A stretch of DNA of 64,000 nt from Takakia lepidozioides (GCA_030704615.1 CM060732.1:29574001-29638000); one strand, 5' to 3'; shown: positions 13,620 through 27,629, counted from the first letter of the stretch. Notes: generated by a model from the sequence alone, not told the origin. Numbers and translations are program-made.

Positions 13620-14011
13620 CTTTTTGAATTTTTTTAACCTTTTGCATTTTGATCATTGATGAATGAACTTACCCAATGGATGAATACATTTGTGTATGTG
13701 CCTTCAAAATGACAGGTGTAGTGATGCAGTCGTATAATTAGAGCTATGAAACCATATTCAGTCATGAAGTCATATTATTCTAGGAAAATTCATCCACGTG
13801 TAGTCCTCCATATGACGCGAGTCATATAAACCATCACTGTCATTGTTGACCAATGCTCCCTACCTTTCCGGAGTCATGTAGTGATATCCATTACTACAGA
13901 GTGATAAAACTATGACTATAACGCATTTCAGCGTGCTGTAGTCGTGTACCTAGTGCCGTTTTTATGACTCCGCAAAAGCCGTAGTCCTAAAAACGCTCAT
14001 CTCTTGTAGTG
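13620..14011 (+). mobile_element. CACTA right end with subterminal repeats
   Basis: Ends ...CTCTTGTAGTG (reverse complement CACTACAAGAG). Recurrent ATGACT/AGTCAT/GTAGTC motifs lie upstream. Confidence 0.6.
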
Positions 14012-14039
14012 CCTAATATATACAATAATCCTTTGGCAT

Positions 14040-14734
14040 CTCTCTCCCAGTCATTTCACAGTGCCTACTCTTATCTACTCTGCCTACCCTATTATATTTC
14101 TAGAGATCTGTAAGCGACAATTAAGAAGACAAGACCTGTCTGCCCGGTATGGACCTGTCTTAGGGCCACATTGTGGAATCTTTGGAAGGTTAGGTGTTTT
14201 TTGGTTTTTGAGGGGAGGCCCCTAGGGGCAGGTCAATCTTGTTTTGCATTTACATGACCTGCTTACTGAGGGGAGGAAAGCTTGGGGCATCATGTCTGCA
14301 GCTGTTTCTAGATCTTTACAGCAACGTAGGACCAAGCTCCTCCATGATTTTCAACATTCTTGGGGCAAAAATGACATTCTCGGCACCAGTCTTTCCTCTT
14401 TGCGTTTCTGCTGGCAAGATACCCTCCCCCCGGCCTGGGATATCTCCTGGTGATGGGGGTGAAGGAGACTACAACTGGAGGCATAAGTAGACTCGCGTTA
14501 CAAAATCCAGAACTCAGTTGCGGTTCTAGCTATCTTGGTCATGCTTCTTTGTTAGTTTCTGCATCTGGTGAACAGTCAGACTCATATAAGAAGCATAAGA
14601 AGGTTCCAGTGACAAGCTTTGATTTCAATTGTAGCTTTCTGGCGTCACTTTTCCTACACCCTCTCTTGCAGAAACCAAAATATGATCAAGTCATTTTTAG
14701 CAACGCCTCAGAATGACTTACCAAAAAAGAAAAA
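14040..14734 (+). mobile_element. L1-like LINE 3' fragment
   Basis: DLLTEGRKAW...FQHSWGKND is homologous to the LINE C-termini at 33180-33455 and 57644-58189. A-rich tail at about 14722-14734. Confidence 0.65.
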
Positions 14735-15189
14735 CTCAAAAGCGACGCTCAGGGCGTCGCAAAACATTACTTAAAAAAAAAAAAAAAACTCAAAAGCGAC
14801 GCCTAGGGTGTCGCAATTAAAAAAACGACGTTTTTTTTTTTTTTTTTCGAGGTGCTTGAAGCGATGCCCTGGGTATCGCAACAGGGGCCAACCCTCAGTG
14901 CGTCGCAGCTAGGCTGCGATGTTTTTTGTTTTTTACTCCATAGCGACGCCTTAGGACTTGGCTAAAATCTACGAGTTTGTGGATTTTGGCAATATGCTTG
15001 CGACGCCTTGGGCGTCGCAAGAATGGGGTACCTCTAAACGGATCATACCATCAATGAAGATTGAGATGCACTGCATTTGCCTATTACAAAAGAGTCATGG
15101 TAGGGCCTCAGGGGACGCGGCGGGGGCGTCGCACGGGAGAGGCGCCACGGGGGGATATGCGTCGCTAAACCCCCCTAAACGTAGTAGTG
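14735..15189 (+). mobile_element. CACTA right end with palindromic subterminal repeats
   Basis: Many GCGACGCC / GGCGTCGC repeats. Ends AAACGTAGTAGTG (reverse complement CACTACTACGTTT). Confidence 0.7.
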
Positions 15190-15521
15190 TTTAAGATCCA
15201 TGCTCTACTGATGTCTTCCAAAGTTCTACCCGGAAGGTTGTTCACAAAGATTCGGTGTGTAAATCTTTTCCGAATACCGCCTGCAATCGCACTCCACATA
15301 TTAGAGTTATCCGTAAAGTTAGACCTAAGTTTCATCGTGAGTTGTTAAAAAACGAAATTTCGACGTGAGTTTTTCTCGCAAATTCCGTAAATTTGTTAGG
15401 AATCGTTAAACATAGGTTGACTAGCCGTGAGTTTAACTTTATGCAAGTAGGGTGACGCGACCAACGACTTGTGGCTGTGCAACAGCTTCTGCTCTCTTTG
15501 TGTGCTTCATTTAGGCCAGCC

Positions 15522-16325
15522 ATGGACTCTGATAGTGATGAGGAGGCTTTGTTTAAAGATCTGGAATTTAAACTAATGGGCGATTCTAGGTGCTACTGCT
15601 GCAATGATTTGCATCAATTCATTGTTGGATGATGAAGAGGATGAGCATAAATTTGTGGTTTCGGCGATTGGTGTGAGAAACGTGTTGATTTCACTACCAG
15701 GAGCTCCTTCTTTGTTCAAGACTCTCACGAATTTCAAAATTGAGGAATTTCATGAAGAGCTCTGCAACCAAGTATATCCTATTTTGCAACGCATTGCTAG
15801 AAGTACAGATGATGAGCTTGGGGTACATACATGCCGACCTAATAAATTGTGCTCAAGACAACGTGTTCTTAGTGCAATCATGTATCTCAAACATGATAAC
15901 TCTGTGGTGTATGATGCCTTCACTTGGAACTGGGCCAAGGTTCTTTGAGTGATGATGCACTTTTTGTCTGCACAATTATCAACGAGGTTTTGTGCAGATG
16001 AAATCCATTGGCCAAATGTTGAAGAACGATTGAGTTTAGGCAAGCGGCTTGATGGCTTCCCAGGTTGTATAGGTTTCATCAATGTGCAAGATTCGGAGGC
16101 CATTCAAGAATCCAAATCACAAGAAATGGTTTAATGGGAGAAAGAAGATGTACTGTTTGAACACCACGGTTGTAGTGGATCATGATGGTTTGTTTATGTA
16201 CGTTGATGCAGGCTATCTAGGAAGCTATCATGATGTGAACATCCTCATAAATTCATATTTGTGTGCTAACTGGAGAAAGCATTTTGCTCAAGGTGATGCT
16301 GCAGCTGAGTATGTCTTAGGGGGAT
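15522..16325 (+). pseudogene. PIF/Harbinger DDE transposase, frameshifted and C-terminally truncated
   Basis: FPGCIGFI, FNGRKKMYCLNTTVVVDHDGLFMYVDAGYLGSYHD and EYVLG motifs match the DDE_Tnp_4/HARBI1 pattern. Confidence 0.88.
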
Positions 16326-17724
16326 GGCAGTTCAAAATAGTGTTGGTGGTTGTATTCAATTCACCATCACCTTCCTCAAACATTGAAAAATGTCACTGTT
16401 GTCAGCACCTCTACCAACTGAAGTTAACCTGGATACCTCTTCCCATGTAAATGGCAGGAGGGAAGGGGGAGAGAGGGAGGACGTACCTCTTACAATTGTA
16501 AGCAAGTGAGACCTGAGCCAAGCGTTGCTTCTCCTCAGCGTTGTGGGTGTATTGTCCATCTGCACTCAGTGCCCAAACTGTTGTTCTTATATCCCGCCCC
16601 CCAATTGAATCCACCAATTTACGTGAAGGGATACAATCAATCATTATCACAGTGACGGTAGGTGTTGCAGCCTCTTGAGTGGGTAGGACTTGGGTTCCTC
16701 AGTTTACAAGGCGTTTCAGTCTCAGTTGGGACTCTCAGTAACAGGATCTAGGAAAGAAAGATATGGAGACAAATGAGGGCATTTAATAAACCGGCGAGGG
16801 AGAGGAGACAGGGATTGGCAAAAACAAAGAAGGGGCTTGGATGAAACACGAGGGACAAGCAGGAGCTGCTGAGGAGGCGCACTGGAGGGTTGCCGGGGAA
16901 GGGTTAAGCAGGTCCCCGGCACAATACGGCTGAACATGATGATGGTCTCATGGAACACAAGGATGGCAGGATATGCTCAGCCAAGGTGTGGTAGGGAGGC
17001 TCTGGAGATCTATAGCAAATGATATTAGAAGGCCCAACAAAGTCACCTTCACTGGCATTCACTTGGAAGTGTTAGTCCACTCTCCCTACTAATCTACAAT
17101 GCCGGAATTGCAGGAAGAAAGACACACTGTGTTGGAAGCAAAGAAGCTGGACTTGCATGAAAGAAGAAAGCGCAGAAACCTGCAGAGAAGAGAAGCCACC
17201 TTTGCACGCAACTTGATCTTTAATGGAAATCTAATGGGGTTGGCATCCATCAGTTATGCACCGACACAAGTGGGCCTAACTTTCGTGTAGGCTATGGGTT
17301 TCAGTTAATAAAGCACTAACTATTGGCTTGTCAAACTGTAAATGGGGCCCTGCCCTAATCAATGCAGCCTGTATCCAGAATTTGCAGCAAAACACATTGC
17401 TAATCAAACAAACTCCTCATGATTTGGCGATGTTCACAGCAAGCTAAAGCAACAGGCCAAGAGACATGAATGTACCATGAAAGAAAGAAGGCCAGTGAGG
17501 ATGCTGCATTCACACACCCACAATACACAACTCAGTGGCCCTGCCAACCATACAGATAAGCCAGACCAGCAAACCTGTGAACAACCATCATAAAGTCATT
17601 TGCTACAATCCAAGAAAATGAAAACCAGATAGCACAGAAATTGGTACTTGGAGACGGACCACATGGGATTCCATGTCTCAGGATGAACTGCCCACCCTCA
17701 CCACCACAAATCAAATTCCCTTGC

Positions 17725-18730
17725 TCAGTTTCTCACCAAACAATGTATGATAAGTGGCATGTTAGCAAGAGCAGTTTCCAGGACGATATTTGGCTCAATT
17801 CTGGTTTTGATAATACCAGCATGGATCTTTTTGCCCTTTTCCAGGTCTGCCAGGCTGCCACTTGCATTGAGAACGGAAGTGAATGTGACTTTGTCCGGTA
17901 CCCACCCTTCCCATATCATTTGCTCATAGGTCTCCAAGGCGACCACACCCTTGCTGAGCATATCCTGCAGCAATCATCGCACAATGAAACCACAACTCGT
18001 CCAGCCATATTGTCGAAAACTCGACGGACCTCCTTCATGCTCCCGCACTTGGCCTACATGGCAGCAAGGGCAGTCTCTAGAATGACATTTGGTGCAATTC
18101 CAGCTTTCAAAATGTCAGCTTGGACCTGTTTTCCCTTTTCCAGGGCACCTATGCTGGCACATGCCTTGAGAGTAGAATGAACGTGACCTTGGAGGGCACG
18201 GCCTGCTAAGACCAACTCTTACTCTCCCAAAAACCTTGTAAACATCATGAAGAATACCAAATCATGGTACCCAACGAGCTAACTTACAGAATTCAATATG
18301 CATCTCAGGGCCGAGTCTGATGAGAGGGCAAAACAGGCTGAAATAGGGTCGAAGAATGTGCCCTCACCACATTGTCCTTGACCTTGTGTCATGACCCATG
18401 GAGGATTCGGCCGACCATGAACCCAAAAGGACCTCTTGTGTGTACTGCTTGTGTCTGTAGTCAGGTAATGTCGGAGGCTGGGCAAGGGTGTTGAGTAGAA
18501 AAACATTTGTTGTGAATCCACTTTGGATAATGTGAGTGTGCACCTGCTTTCCAACTTCCAGAGATTGAAACATAGCCTGCTAAGACCAAGCTGATTCTCC
18601 CACCTTGTAAACATCAGGAAGAATACCAAATCAGAGTACTAAAAGCCCCCATTTGCAGGATGGACAAACTTCTTCACATTGTACATTAAGAAAAGCCACA
18701 CCTTGCGATTGCAGTTGTCCCACCATCTGC
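17725..18730 (-). pseudogene. PPR fragments plus an OSB/PDF-like chimeric segment carried inside the Harbinger element
   Basis: GWVPDKVTFTSVLNASGSLADLEKGKKIH and GKQVHTHIIQSGFTTNVFLLNTL fused to PDYRHKQYTQEVL. Segment 18190-18730 is closely similar to 12500-13000. Confidence 0.8.
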
Positions 18731-18749
18731 TGCGAGAGCTCCTACTGCG

Positions 18750-19340
18750 TACGGTTCAAGAAATCAAGACGCGGGGCAGTTTGGGCAATTTCGAAACACT
18801 TGGCGCGAAATTCTATTGGCGTTTTCCGGGCGGGCAGCTCGGGCAGATTCCAAAGAATTTGACGACGATGACGTGGCGACGAAAACGTGGCACTATGGCA
18901 CCCTATTCCTGCTCTACGCTAAACTAGCTTCCAACCTACGGTCGTCGCTAGAACTTCCAGACAAAGTTTGGAATCGTTTGCTTGCTAGCTTGTGTGCGTC
19001 CTATGGAGTATAGAGCGAAATGTTTATGGTAAGAAGCTGCCAGCGTCGCCAAATACTCACTGTCCACCCCCTGCGTTGGTTGCTTCACAGATGAACGCTT
19101 TACCTTCATCTTCTTCAACGGGTTCACAGGATTAACAGCCTCAAATTGAGAATCATCGATTTGTAAATTGTCGGATGGCCCATCAAATTCACAGCTCGAA
19201 TTGTTCATGGAGATTCCAAGCTCCTTGGCCCAAGAATCCATGGTCATCGACGTGAGCTCTGCAAACCTAAGTGCTCTCACAGCGGCCCTCTGTTGTCGCG
19301 AGCCTTCTCAACCTAAACTCACGATATGAAACGCCGTGGA
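18750..19340 (-). pseudogene. Probable second (DNA-binding/accessory) ORF of the Harbinger element, degenerate
   Basis: Protein-like ORF 18948-19280 starts just inside the right TIR and converges on the transposase, as expected for two-gene PIF/Harbinger elements. The domain is not confidently recognised. Confidence 0.45.
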
Positions 19341-22300
19341 CGTGCATTTGGGTAGCCTGGTGTTTTGAGTTTGCAATACGACAAAAATTGCAAAAAACGC
19401 GAGTTTCGCCTTCAAGTCGGTCGAGTCGTCGTGAGTTGATGGAATTTACGGATAACTCTATTCAATCACATACTCTGGCTTTCTCAGAACGGTTGTCTAA
19501 GATTGGTATCTATGTTATATTACGCAGTGCTGCAAACTCCTCATTTCACAACTTTCGAGTCAGGCTCTACCGATGTCTTCCAAAGTTCCCCCCTAAAGGC
19601 TGCTCACAAAGATTCGTGTGTAAGATCCTTTCCGAATACATGGAGGAGACTTGCAATCGCGCTGTCTTCACATATTCAACCACTCTGGCTTTCTCAGAAC
19701 AGTTATCGAAGATTGGTATGAACCTAAGTGCTTTTGTCACATTTGACGAGTGCCAGCTGTGAATGCTCCACGGGAACAATGACAACCTACACATACTGGA
19801 CACCATCTTCTGCTCTTCATCCGGTCCATCCAGCGCTCGGCTATAGATACTCAGTGCAGCATAACGCATGTGAGCATATACGCTTTAAGTTCTGCCTAAT
19901 GTGGAGTTCTTGCTTCCAAGTCGAAGGGTTACAGCTCTTTATCCTTCCTACATATGAATTGGGCAGGAACTGAAGTCTGAGATGTTGTTGTCGACGTAAA
20001 CTCATGAAGTAAAACACCTGATTCCAGCGACCTCATCCATCATAGCAGTCATTAACTCTGTCATTGCCAGGAACTGTCTTGCTACGTTGGAAGACCCCTG
20101 CTGCTGCACTCCTGCTGCAAAATTCTAGTAAGGAGAGCCGTCAGCTTGAGCGCGAACTCTGGCTACTGAGAGCCCACGAAGCCGCCACAGACCTTCCCTG
20201 TCTGAACCTTTGCAAGACCTAGCAAATTTTCCAGATGACACTTGCATTCTCTTGAAAATGCCATCAAGCAATCAGCAGCCACTCAGTGCTGTGTTACTGC
20301 TTTGAAGCTCAGATCGACTTGCCCAGGGTTAAGAGCGCGACTGCCAAAGATTGGTCACTTCAACCAGTAAAACCGATCATGCATCTGTCGCCCGAAGAAG
20401 CTGCCTCAATGTAAGGCGCCAAAAATGTCGGGGAGGTCAGTGGCTGGCAGTTTGATGGCGGTCCCAATATCTATGTGGCTTGATTTTAACATGGAACAAC
20501 CAGCTCGCTCATGTCTCAAAACGAACCCCGACTTTGTCGAGTGTGTCTGTGGGCCGGTGTGGAAAAAACCCTAGAATACAATGCAACGTGCATCATGCTC
20601 GAACAGTTGTGCACCGGGGCGATGATACGGAATGTAGACACTTCAGGAAGGCTGCAATCCAGTTCAAGTTCCTGGAGGCTAATATCCATACTTGATTGAA
20701 ATCGATCTTTACAGGTCACGGAGGCCCCCTCCCCCCCGCCTGCAACATCCAGCATGCCAGTAGGGCGGTGCACACCAGCCCCAGCCTCAAGCGATTCTCC
20801 AGCACCATCAGCAGCGACGAAGGCAGCTCGTACTCCGAACCAAAGAAATTCAGGCCCCCCCCCAAAACGAACATCAGCCAATCCTCGAAGGCACCAGCTC
20901 TCAGCCCCCACTGCAATTGTGGATGGGCTACCAGGTGCTCCAACAGCATGCGCTGGACATGGAACCAGCTTCAAAAGGGCATGAACGTCGACCCCGAATC
21001 GGGCAGTCGAGCTGCTGAAGAAATGGAATGAGAGATGGGTAGATAGAGCAATCGGTGAGTGGAGCAACCAAACTCAAATTCCCCGACACGAGCCCGCGGG
21101 GAACAGCTAACAGCTATGGAAGGAGTTGATCTATAGCTGAAAGGCAAGTGATTCTCCTTTCTCCTAAGCTAGCTCCGACATCTTCCGCTTCTTCCAATAT
21201 TTGACAAGGTGATAGGTGACTCGCCTTTGATGCATGGTGCCCATGCAGTCGATGAACACTGAATTCATTAAAAACAGTGACAGTGCGAGTCCATGCACGC
21301 ACTACCAACACGCTCGTCGTATAAAGCGCAAACATGTGGGCATATGGCCACTACTCCTGCTCTCACTGCACACACACTTGTGTACTGTGTACATTTCCAG
21401 ATATGTCTAATTCTCTGACACTCCCAAATCTTTGCTCGGGCTACTTACACCCTCATTAAACCACCTGGAACTGAAGAGCCGCTCAAACACACTAGGCTCT
21501 AGCTTGCCTACACGATCTCCTATAAGCAAAAGCGCCCTGCACTGGCATGGCCCTTCAAATTCTCGAAACAAATGCGAGAAGCTCTCAGGGATGCAGGGTT
21601 TGCTGCAGCCTCATCAGCAGATCTGGGCACCCCGAGTCTGACAAGTGCATCACAAAGCTGCGGCTCTCAACTCCCTGGCCACCCTAAACCACGGAGCCAT
21701 GGCCGTTGTTGGGGAGCGTGTTCCCAGGAGTTCCCAGAGGGAGCGCGGGCAGTTGAGAGGCTGGCTGTTCAGCTTCCAGGGATCCCCGGAAGACGAAGAG
21801 GCCGAGAGGGCGACCGTAGCGACAGTGATGAGGGCGCGTATGTAACTGTAGCAGCGCGGCTGCCCGTCCACACTGCACCGCCCTCCCAGTGCCTTGCCTC
21901 GCGTTCTTGCGTTGCCTGCTCGTCAAGCTCCATCACATGCCTTCCTTGTACTCTGTCCCCGGAGCCTTCGATACTGACAGTGGCAGGCACATGTGGGTTG
22001 GCCAGCAAAATTTGTGTTGGACATCTTGTTGGGCACAGTTGACAAGTTTGAAGCGGAGTCGGACGGTGTGGAAGATAAGATACCAGGTCGATCCGGAGTG
22101 ATGCTCTTGTGCTTTTCTGCTGATGCAACGTCCACAGCGCTCGCAAGTGAATTTGGCATGGATCCGGTGTGTCTCGGGGGGACTCTAAAGTCTGGAGGCT
22201 CGGATTTGATATGCTGCTGCGTGCCTATATATATAACTTGAGCAGGGAGTCTGTAGCTTTCATGATCCAGCAGCCTTTGGGTCGAGAGACGGAGAAAGTT

Positions 22301-23586
22301 GTTTGATTTGTAGACAGGCTCTGTGCATTGGAACTGATGCTGCCAAGAGCTGAAGGTACCCTGCGCGCGAACATGCTTGCTGAAAGCGTTTGAGGGGAGC
22401 TGCCTGGGTGGCAAATATCCTACGCCCACCTCCACACTGGTCAAAGCTTGGGTTTGCGTCAGAAAGGTGGCCCGTTTTGCGTCTCAACAATTTGGCTCAT
22501 ACTAAAGAAGCTGCCTTAGTTTATCCTGCACCACCTGGGCCGCTCAATCTCCATGGTTGGCTGTGGATCAAGGAGGTGGGTGCCAAACACAACCCACATA
22601 TCGCGCCGCTGTGACTTGTCGTGCAGATCTGCAAATACATTAAATCAAACAAGCATAAATTATATGGCATGCACACAAGAGCTAGATCGAAGAGGGCATA
22701 TGCTGACATTTGAAAGAACCAGTGCCATTGTGCAAAGTATAGCTTTAACTATGACCATGTAAGCAACTTATCAAGTTTAACGGAGTTGTCTAGTTCACAA
22801 TATTATCGAGAGAGGAAGATCTGGAAGACAGTGGGGCTCTTCCATTGAACAGATAAAGAGAAAGTGAAGACTTAGAGCTTTTAATCTGGGTCGTTCCAGA
22901 TCATCCTCTCGGAGCATCTTCGGCTCAGCTGCCATATTATAGACAGTGGCAGGAGTACAGCGACACGGACACACTGGCAACAAAGTGGTAGAATCATGCT
23001 TTTTGGTGGCTTCTTGAGAAAGTGAAATTCAGCTCAAGGCATGATCAGGACTGCTAGCATCAGATTGTGAAAAGTGAGAGCTTTGGTTAGAGCATCGACC
23101 CTGCACAGTATACGAGTTCGATCAGGGTAGGCTGCACGTGCAGGGATGGCTACAAACGCCACGCCATCTCCATCAGGACCGGTACCCACATTTCAGTACC
23201 ATCCTCCTCCTGTTGCAACCATGACCCAAATATGTGTTTTATTTTACGATGTCGCAACGCTTTGTCTCAGTCACACTCTTTGAACTACACACTATGACCC
23301 GGAGCTGTTGCTTTAGCTCTGTGGATTTTAGCCAAGCTGTCAAGAGGTGAATTCGAGTGAGGTTGAATGACAAGTGAACGTCTTTGTACAATGCCTTTCC
23401 TTTTTAATCGCCTTTCCTTTTACGACCAGTTGGTTTCTAGACGATCTCTATGTACATCATCTGAAAGAGTTCACTTCCTCTGCCAAGTTGGTGATCGTTG
23501 GATGAACCAAATGGAAGCCAAACGTGCTCTTTGCGTTCTCCTCTCTGTTGCATATATATAGGGCGCACTCAGATGCACCATAATTG

Positions 23587-26500
23587 ATGAAAGATCAGCG
23601 TGACTGTACGGACATCATGAATTTTGTGTGGGCATGGATGCAGTTGTCCCCAAGAGCAGGAGGAGAATTGAGTCCTACCGCACAAATTATGCTAGAATCC
23701 AATTTACAAGTATTTGCCTCAAACTCAAAACCGACTAGCAGTATGGATATATTTGCTACTTTAGGGGGCTCCAGCAAGCCTCCAATGCTGGAGCTCAATA
23801 ACAAATTCTTAGGGTGCTCCCTTCAGTACCAAATTATGGAATCCCTGCACCCAGCTAGCAGCCTGACAGCCTGCTTGCTGGCTGGGGGCAAAGTCCGCCC
23901 TTCCCTACTCGTTGATGCTGGTGGGTCTGAGATTCCTCCAGCAGCAGGTCTCGTTGTTTATGAGCAGAGAAAGACAGAAGGAGCTGATACCAATCATCAT
24001 GAGCTGTGGAGTACAAGAGATGGGGGATTGGAATCTGAGGAATCTGTGATGGCAATAGCCACAGGCAAGCGAACAAGAGATAGAAACTTCTCGTTGGAGG
24101 AGCGGGCACGCATGGCTGCTGGATGGGAATGCCATGACACTGCAGGCATAGTGACTGACGAAGGTCTAGAGAGATCAGATGAGGGGTTGTTCACAGTCAC
24201 ACGGTGCCAACATAAGAGCCATGTGGAGGACGGAGATTGCTTGCAGGCCATGGACAATGCATCATGGTGGTGCCAAAAGAGGGCTAAAACAAATCAGAAG
24301 AGTAAGTACCGTTCAGTGGTAAGTATGCCTAGGCCAGAAAGTCACCCTGAAGACCAAGAACAAACCAGACCCTTTGTGTGGAAAAGTCTTCCTGAGAGAC
24401 CATCGGTAGGGCCTCCTCTTGGACAAGAGTATCATATTTCTGCACCAGTTCAGCAAACGAAAGGTGAAGAACCAACAGAAAAGAGGGACCAAGAATCTGA
24501 GTTTGCGACTGAGGACGCTACTAAGCTGAGCAATGTCCACCCAAGGAATACAGGCCATACTTCCAACCCAATTTTGGACAGAAATCAGCCTCCACTGGAT
24601 ACCAATGATATAGCTGTTCAAGACCACAAGAATGAAGAGAGAGAGCAGCAGATAAACACTGCTCAGATGGCTGAAGGGATGGATTTTGAGAGGCAGTCTC
24701 TTCCACACACAATCACTCTCACGGGTAGTATGTTGGAAGATTCCCAGAGAGAGGCTAAAATTCAGCTGGGCCAGGTTGGAGGGTTTCACAGTGCCTTTGC
24801 TGAAAGTGAGGGCTGGCAAGAGAGAACTTGTCTCCGTGACTATCTACTACTCACCAGCGCTATCCACAAAGCACAGCTACTTGATTTCCAAGTGAAAGAG
24901 AATCGGCGGCACAAGGAACTGGAGGTCAATGGCCCCTCACTTGACAGCTTTTTTCATGGCAGGTTGATAGACCACTCTGAGAAATCTGTGTCATCTGGAT
25001 TACCAGGGTGCCTAAGTGATTGTGGACAGGACGGTGGGTCACCAGGCCATAGCAACCTGGGACTAGTCTTGGGGGGGCAGGACTACTTTGCTGATGACAT
25101 TTTCTTGGATGCTAGAGACGGTGAGCACCTTGCTGCGAGGGAGGCTCTTGAGAAAACACACCATGATCAACATGATGACCTTTCCAGGAAGCGTGTGTTC
25201 AAGCGCTCATCAAAAGGTGGTCCTCGCCGACCCAACATTATCAAGGGTCAGTGGACCCCTGAAGAAGACAGGTTAGAGCCTCATCTACACCTTGAAGATC
25301 ACCGTCTCCACAACTTTCAATCTTTTCTATGCTCACAATATAATGATGTTATATCATTATATAATCTGACAAGATGCATTATACAAGGGGGTTGGTTCAT
25401 GAGTTTTATCACTTGGGCTTTGCACATATGTGAGCTTTGAGTAGGCAGCAGCTGAGAGCCACTGAGTGTTGAAAGACCTTCGTACCACCCTCTCTTCAAA
25501 ACATGCAGCTCCTGGCCAATCTAGATGGGATAGTCAGTTCTTTCTCAGGTGTGTCAAACCATCTTGTGTTAGCTAGAAAGATTCAGAAATCAGAACCTTG
25601 GCATGCAAGAGCAGAATCAAACACATGGCGATTACAATGTGTCGGTAGGTATTTGATGGAGTTGGTGGAGAGGCATGGACAGCAGCGCTGGTCGCTCATT
25701 GCCACTTACTTGACTGGTCGCATAGGCAAGCAATGCCGTGAACGTTGGCACAATCACCTTCGCCCTGACATCAAGGTACATTCCTAATTGCCTCCAACAG
25801 AGAATGTTAGATGTGTGGAGAGACCTCGGCACGAGACAAGATATTTTTGGATGAACTGGGTTGAATTCCTGCCAAGCCAAGTAATTACTCTCTCAGGTGA
25901 GAGTCATCCTAAATGAGATAGAATCTGCAAAATGTTTTATTGGATGGCTACCCAGAATTTCAGCTTGCAGACAGTTGCAGAAGCAACTGCTGTCCTGTAT
26001 TCTAAACTCTGCATCTAACACGGCTGTCTGATTCTCAAGGTCACTGAAAATGTAAGTCCATCTTTAGCCAGCGTATGCAAGTTGGACTGCCATGATTTTG
26101 TAAATGAGAGATGCTACCTGGCACTTAGCATTCCAGATGTATGTACTGTTTGTACTACATGCAAGCTTGCCTGCCTCTTAGTGCCTCCCAAAAAATTCTG
26201 AAACAGATCAAAACACTCTGTAGAAGCTTACCTGGTTAGGGTTGTACAAATCCACTTTCAAACAGACTGACAGAATTTGAGGTAACCTTGTGTAGAGGGA
26301 TGGCTGGAATACCGAAGAAGAGGAAGCCCTTGTGTCAGCACACCATAAGCTCGGCAACCGGTGGGCGGACATTGCTAAACTCATACCAGGGCGCACTGAA
26401 AATGCAATCAAGAATCACTGGAATGCTACCATGCGCCGAAAGGACTTGCGCCGCAAGCACAGGAAGGCCATTGATGGCTCATCAGATGGCCTGGAAGTAA

Positions 26501-27629
26501 TACCTCGTTGCACCATTCTCCGTGATTACCAGCAGAAGGTGGTTGCACAATCTGAGCACAAAAATTGTTCTCCTAAACCCCCTGGCACCTCTGATGACCC
26601 TGACTGTCTTGGGGTTGCCTATGATGAAGGCTACTCAGGGACCCCAGACTCGGATTCCCCCCAGCTAACATGTGATTCCACCACCAGGTGGACTTCCACA
26701 CGGAACCAGGGTCAGGTGAATATTTGCTCGAAGTTCTGGTTCCAAATTCAATCTTTCCTAGAACAATTGCTCCATATGTAAACTTCTCGGTTGGTGTGTA
26801 ATTGAGAAAAGGGGAATAATGTTTTCTGTATAAGGTGCAAATAGCATTCTAATCCTCTCGGTTGCAGGTTGACAGTTCTTCACTCTCTTGCCGCTTCGAG
26901 GAGATGCAGCACTCGGCTGAAGTCGAACAGATAATGCGCATTGTGTGTCCGGCCGACCAAGATGAAGATGGAGAGGTGAGTGCAGGCTATGCCAATGCGC
27001 TGGCACACGGAAATGGCATGTTGCAGTCCGCCAGTTATGGTCCATATGTGACTTGCGCAGCAACCTCTCCGCGTGTCTCGGTTTGGGGTGAGGGTGCCAT
27101 GAATAACAACGGTGCGTATCCAAGCCCCCCAGTAACCGTGTGGGGCGGTGGGGGTTGGGGAGGAGAGGGAGTCTTGTATGAAGCAGGAACTGGGCAGCGT
27201 GGTGATGCTGCAATCTGGGTTCACAATGGTAGCGAAAGTTTCGATGGCTCATCTGGCGGTGCTGGGTATGCCGTCCTTCCTACAAGAGAAAACACGAAGC
27301 CGACGGGCTGTAGCTGTCCCCACGCACTTGCCTCCTGCAAATCCTGTGAAGAAACCGCTTTCCAGAACCTGCAGCCGCAAGAGCTCAAGGATATGGATAT
27401 CGCGGATATGGCAGTTTCCCAACTCGGAACGCTAGACCGAGTGACAAATGATAGCTCGTCACACTGCTCGTCTCTTCCGTACCCACTAGAACCAGAACAA
27501 GCTTCGGAGTGCAAAATAGGAATCCCGGATGTAAACACTGTGACAGTTGATGACTATCAAATCTGGGTCACCTCGGAAGTATGGGTGGGGGACAGAAGTG
27601 AAATTACAGGGTTGCCTCATAATCAGTAG
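23587..27629 (+). CDS. R2R3-MYB transcription factor, MYB98/MYB64/MYB119 (FGMYB-like) type; exons about 23587-25271, 25649-25775, 26296-26715, 26868-27629
   Basis: Spliced MYB domain [11 protein letters not shown]|[42 protein letters not shown]|[52 protein letters not shown] introns keep the frame. The start codon and last exon are less certain. Confidence 0.9.

Larger units (their letters stand above)
15303..19459 (+). mobile_element. PIF/Harbinger DNA transposon with internal cargo
   Basis: 15-bp TIR AGAGTTATCCGTAAA (15303) / TTTACGGATAACTCT (ends 19459) and 3-bp TSD ATT. A paralogous empty site is at about 19570-19720. Transposase fragments are internal. Confidence 0.88.

Noticed and set aside
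7620-14011. Single intact CACTA element
   Set aside because: Flanking trinucleotides differ (TAG vs CCT) and the TIRs diverge after 10 bp.
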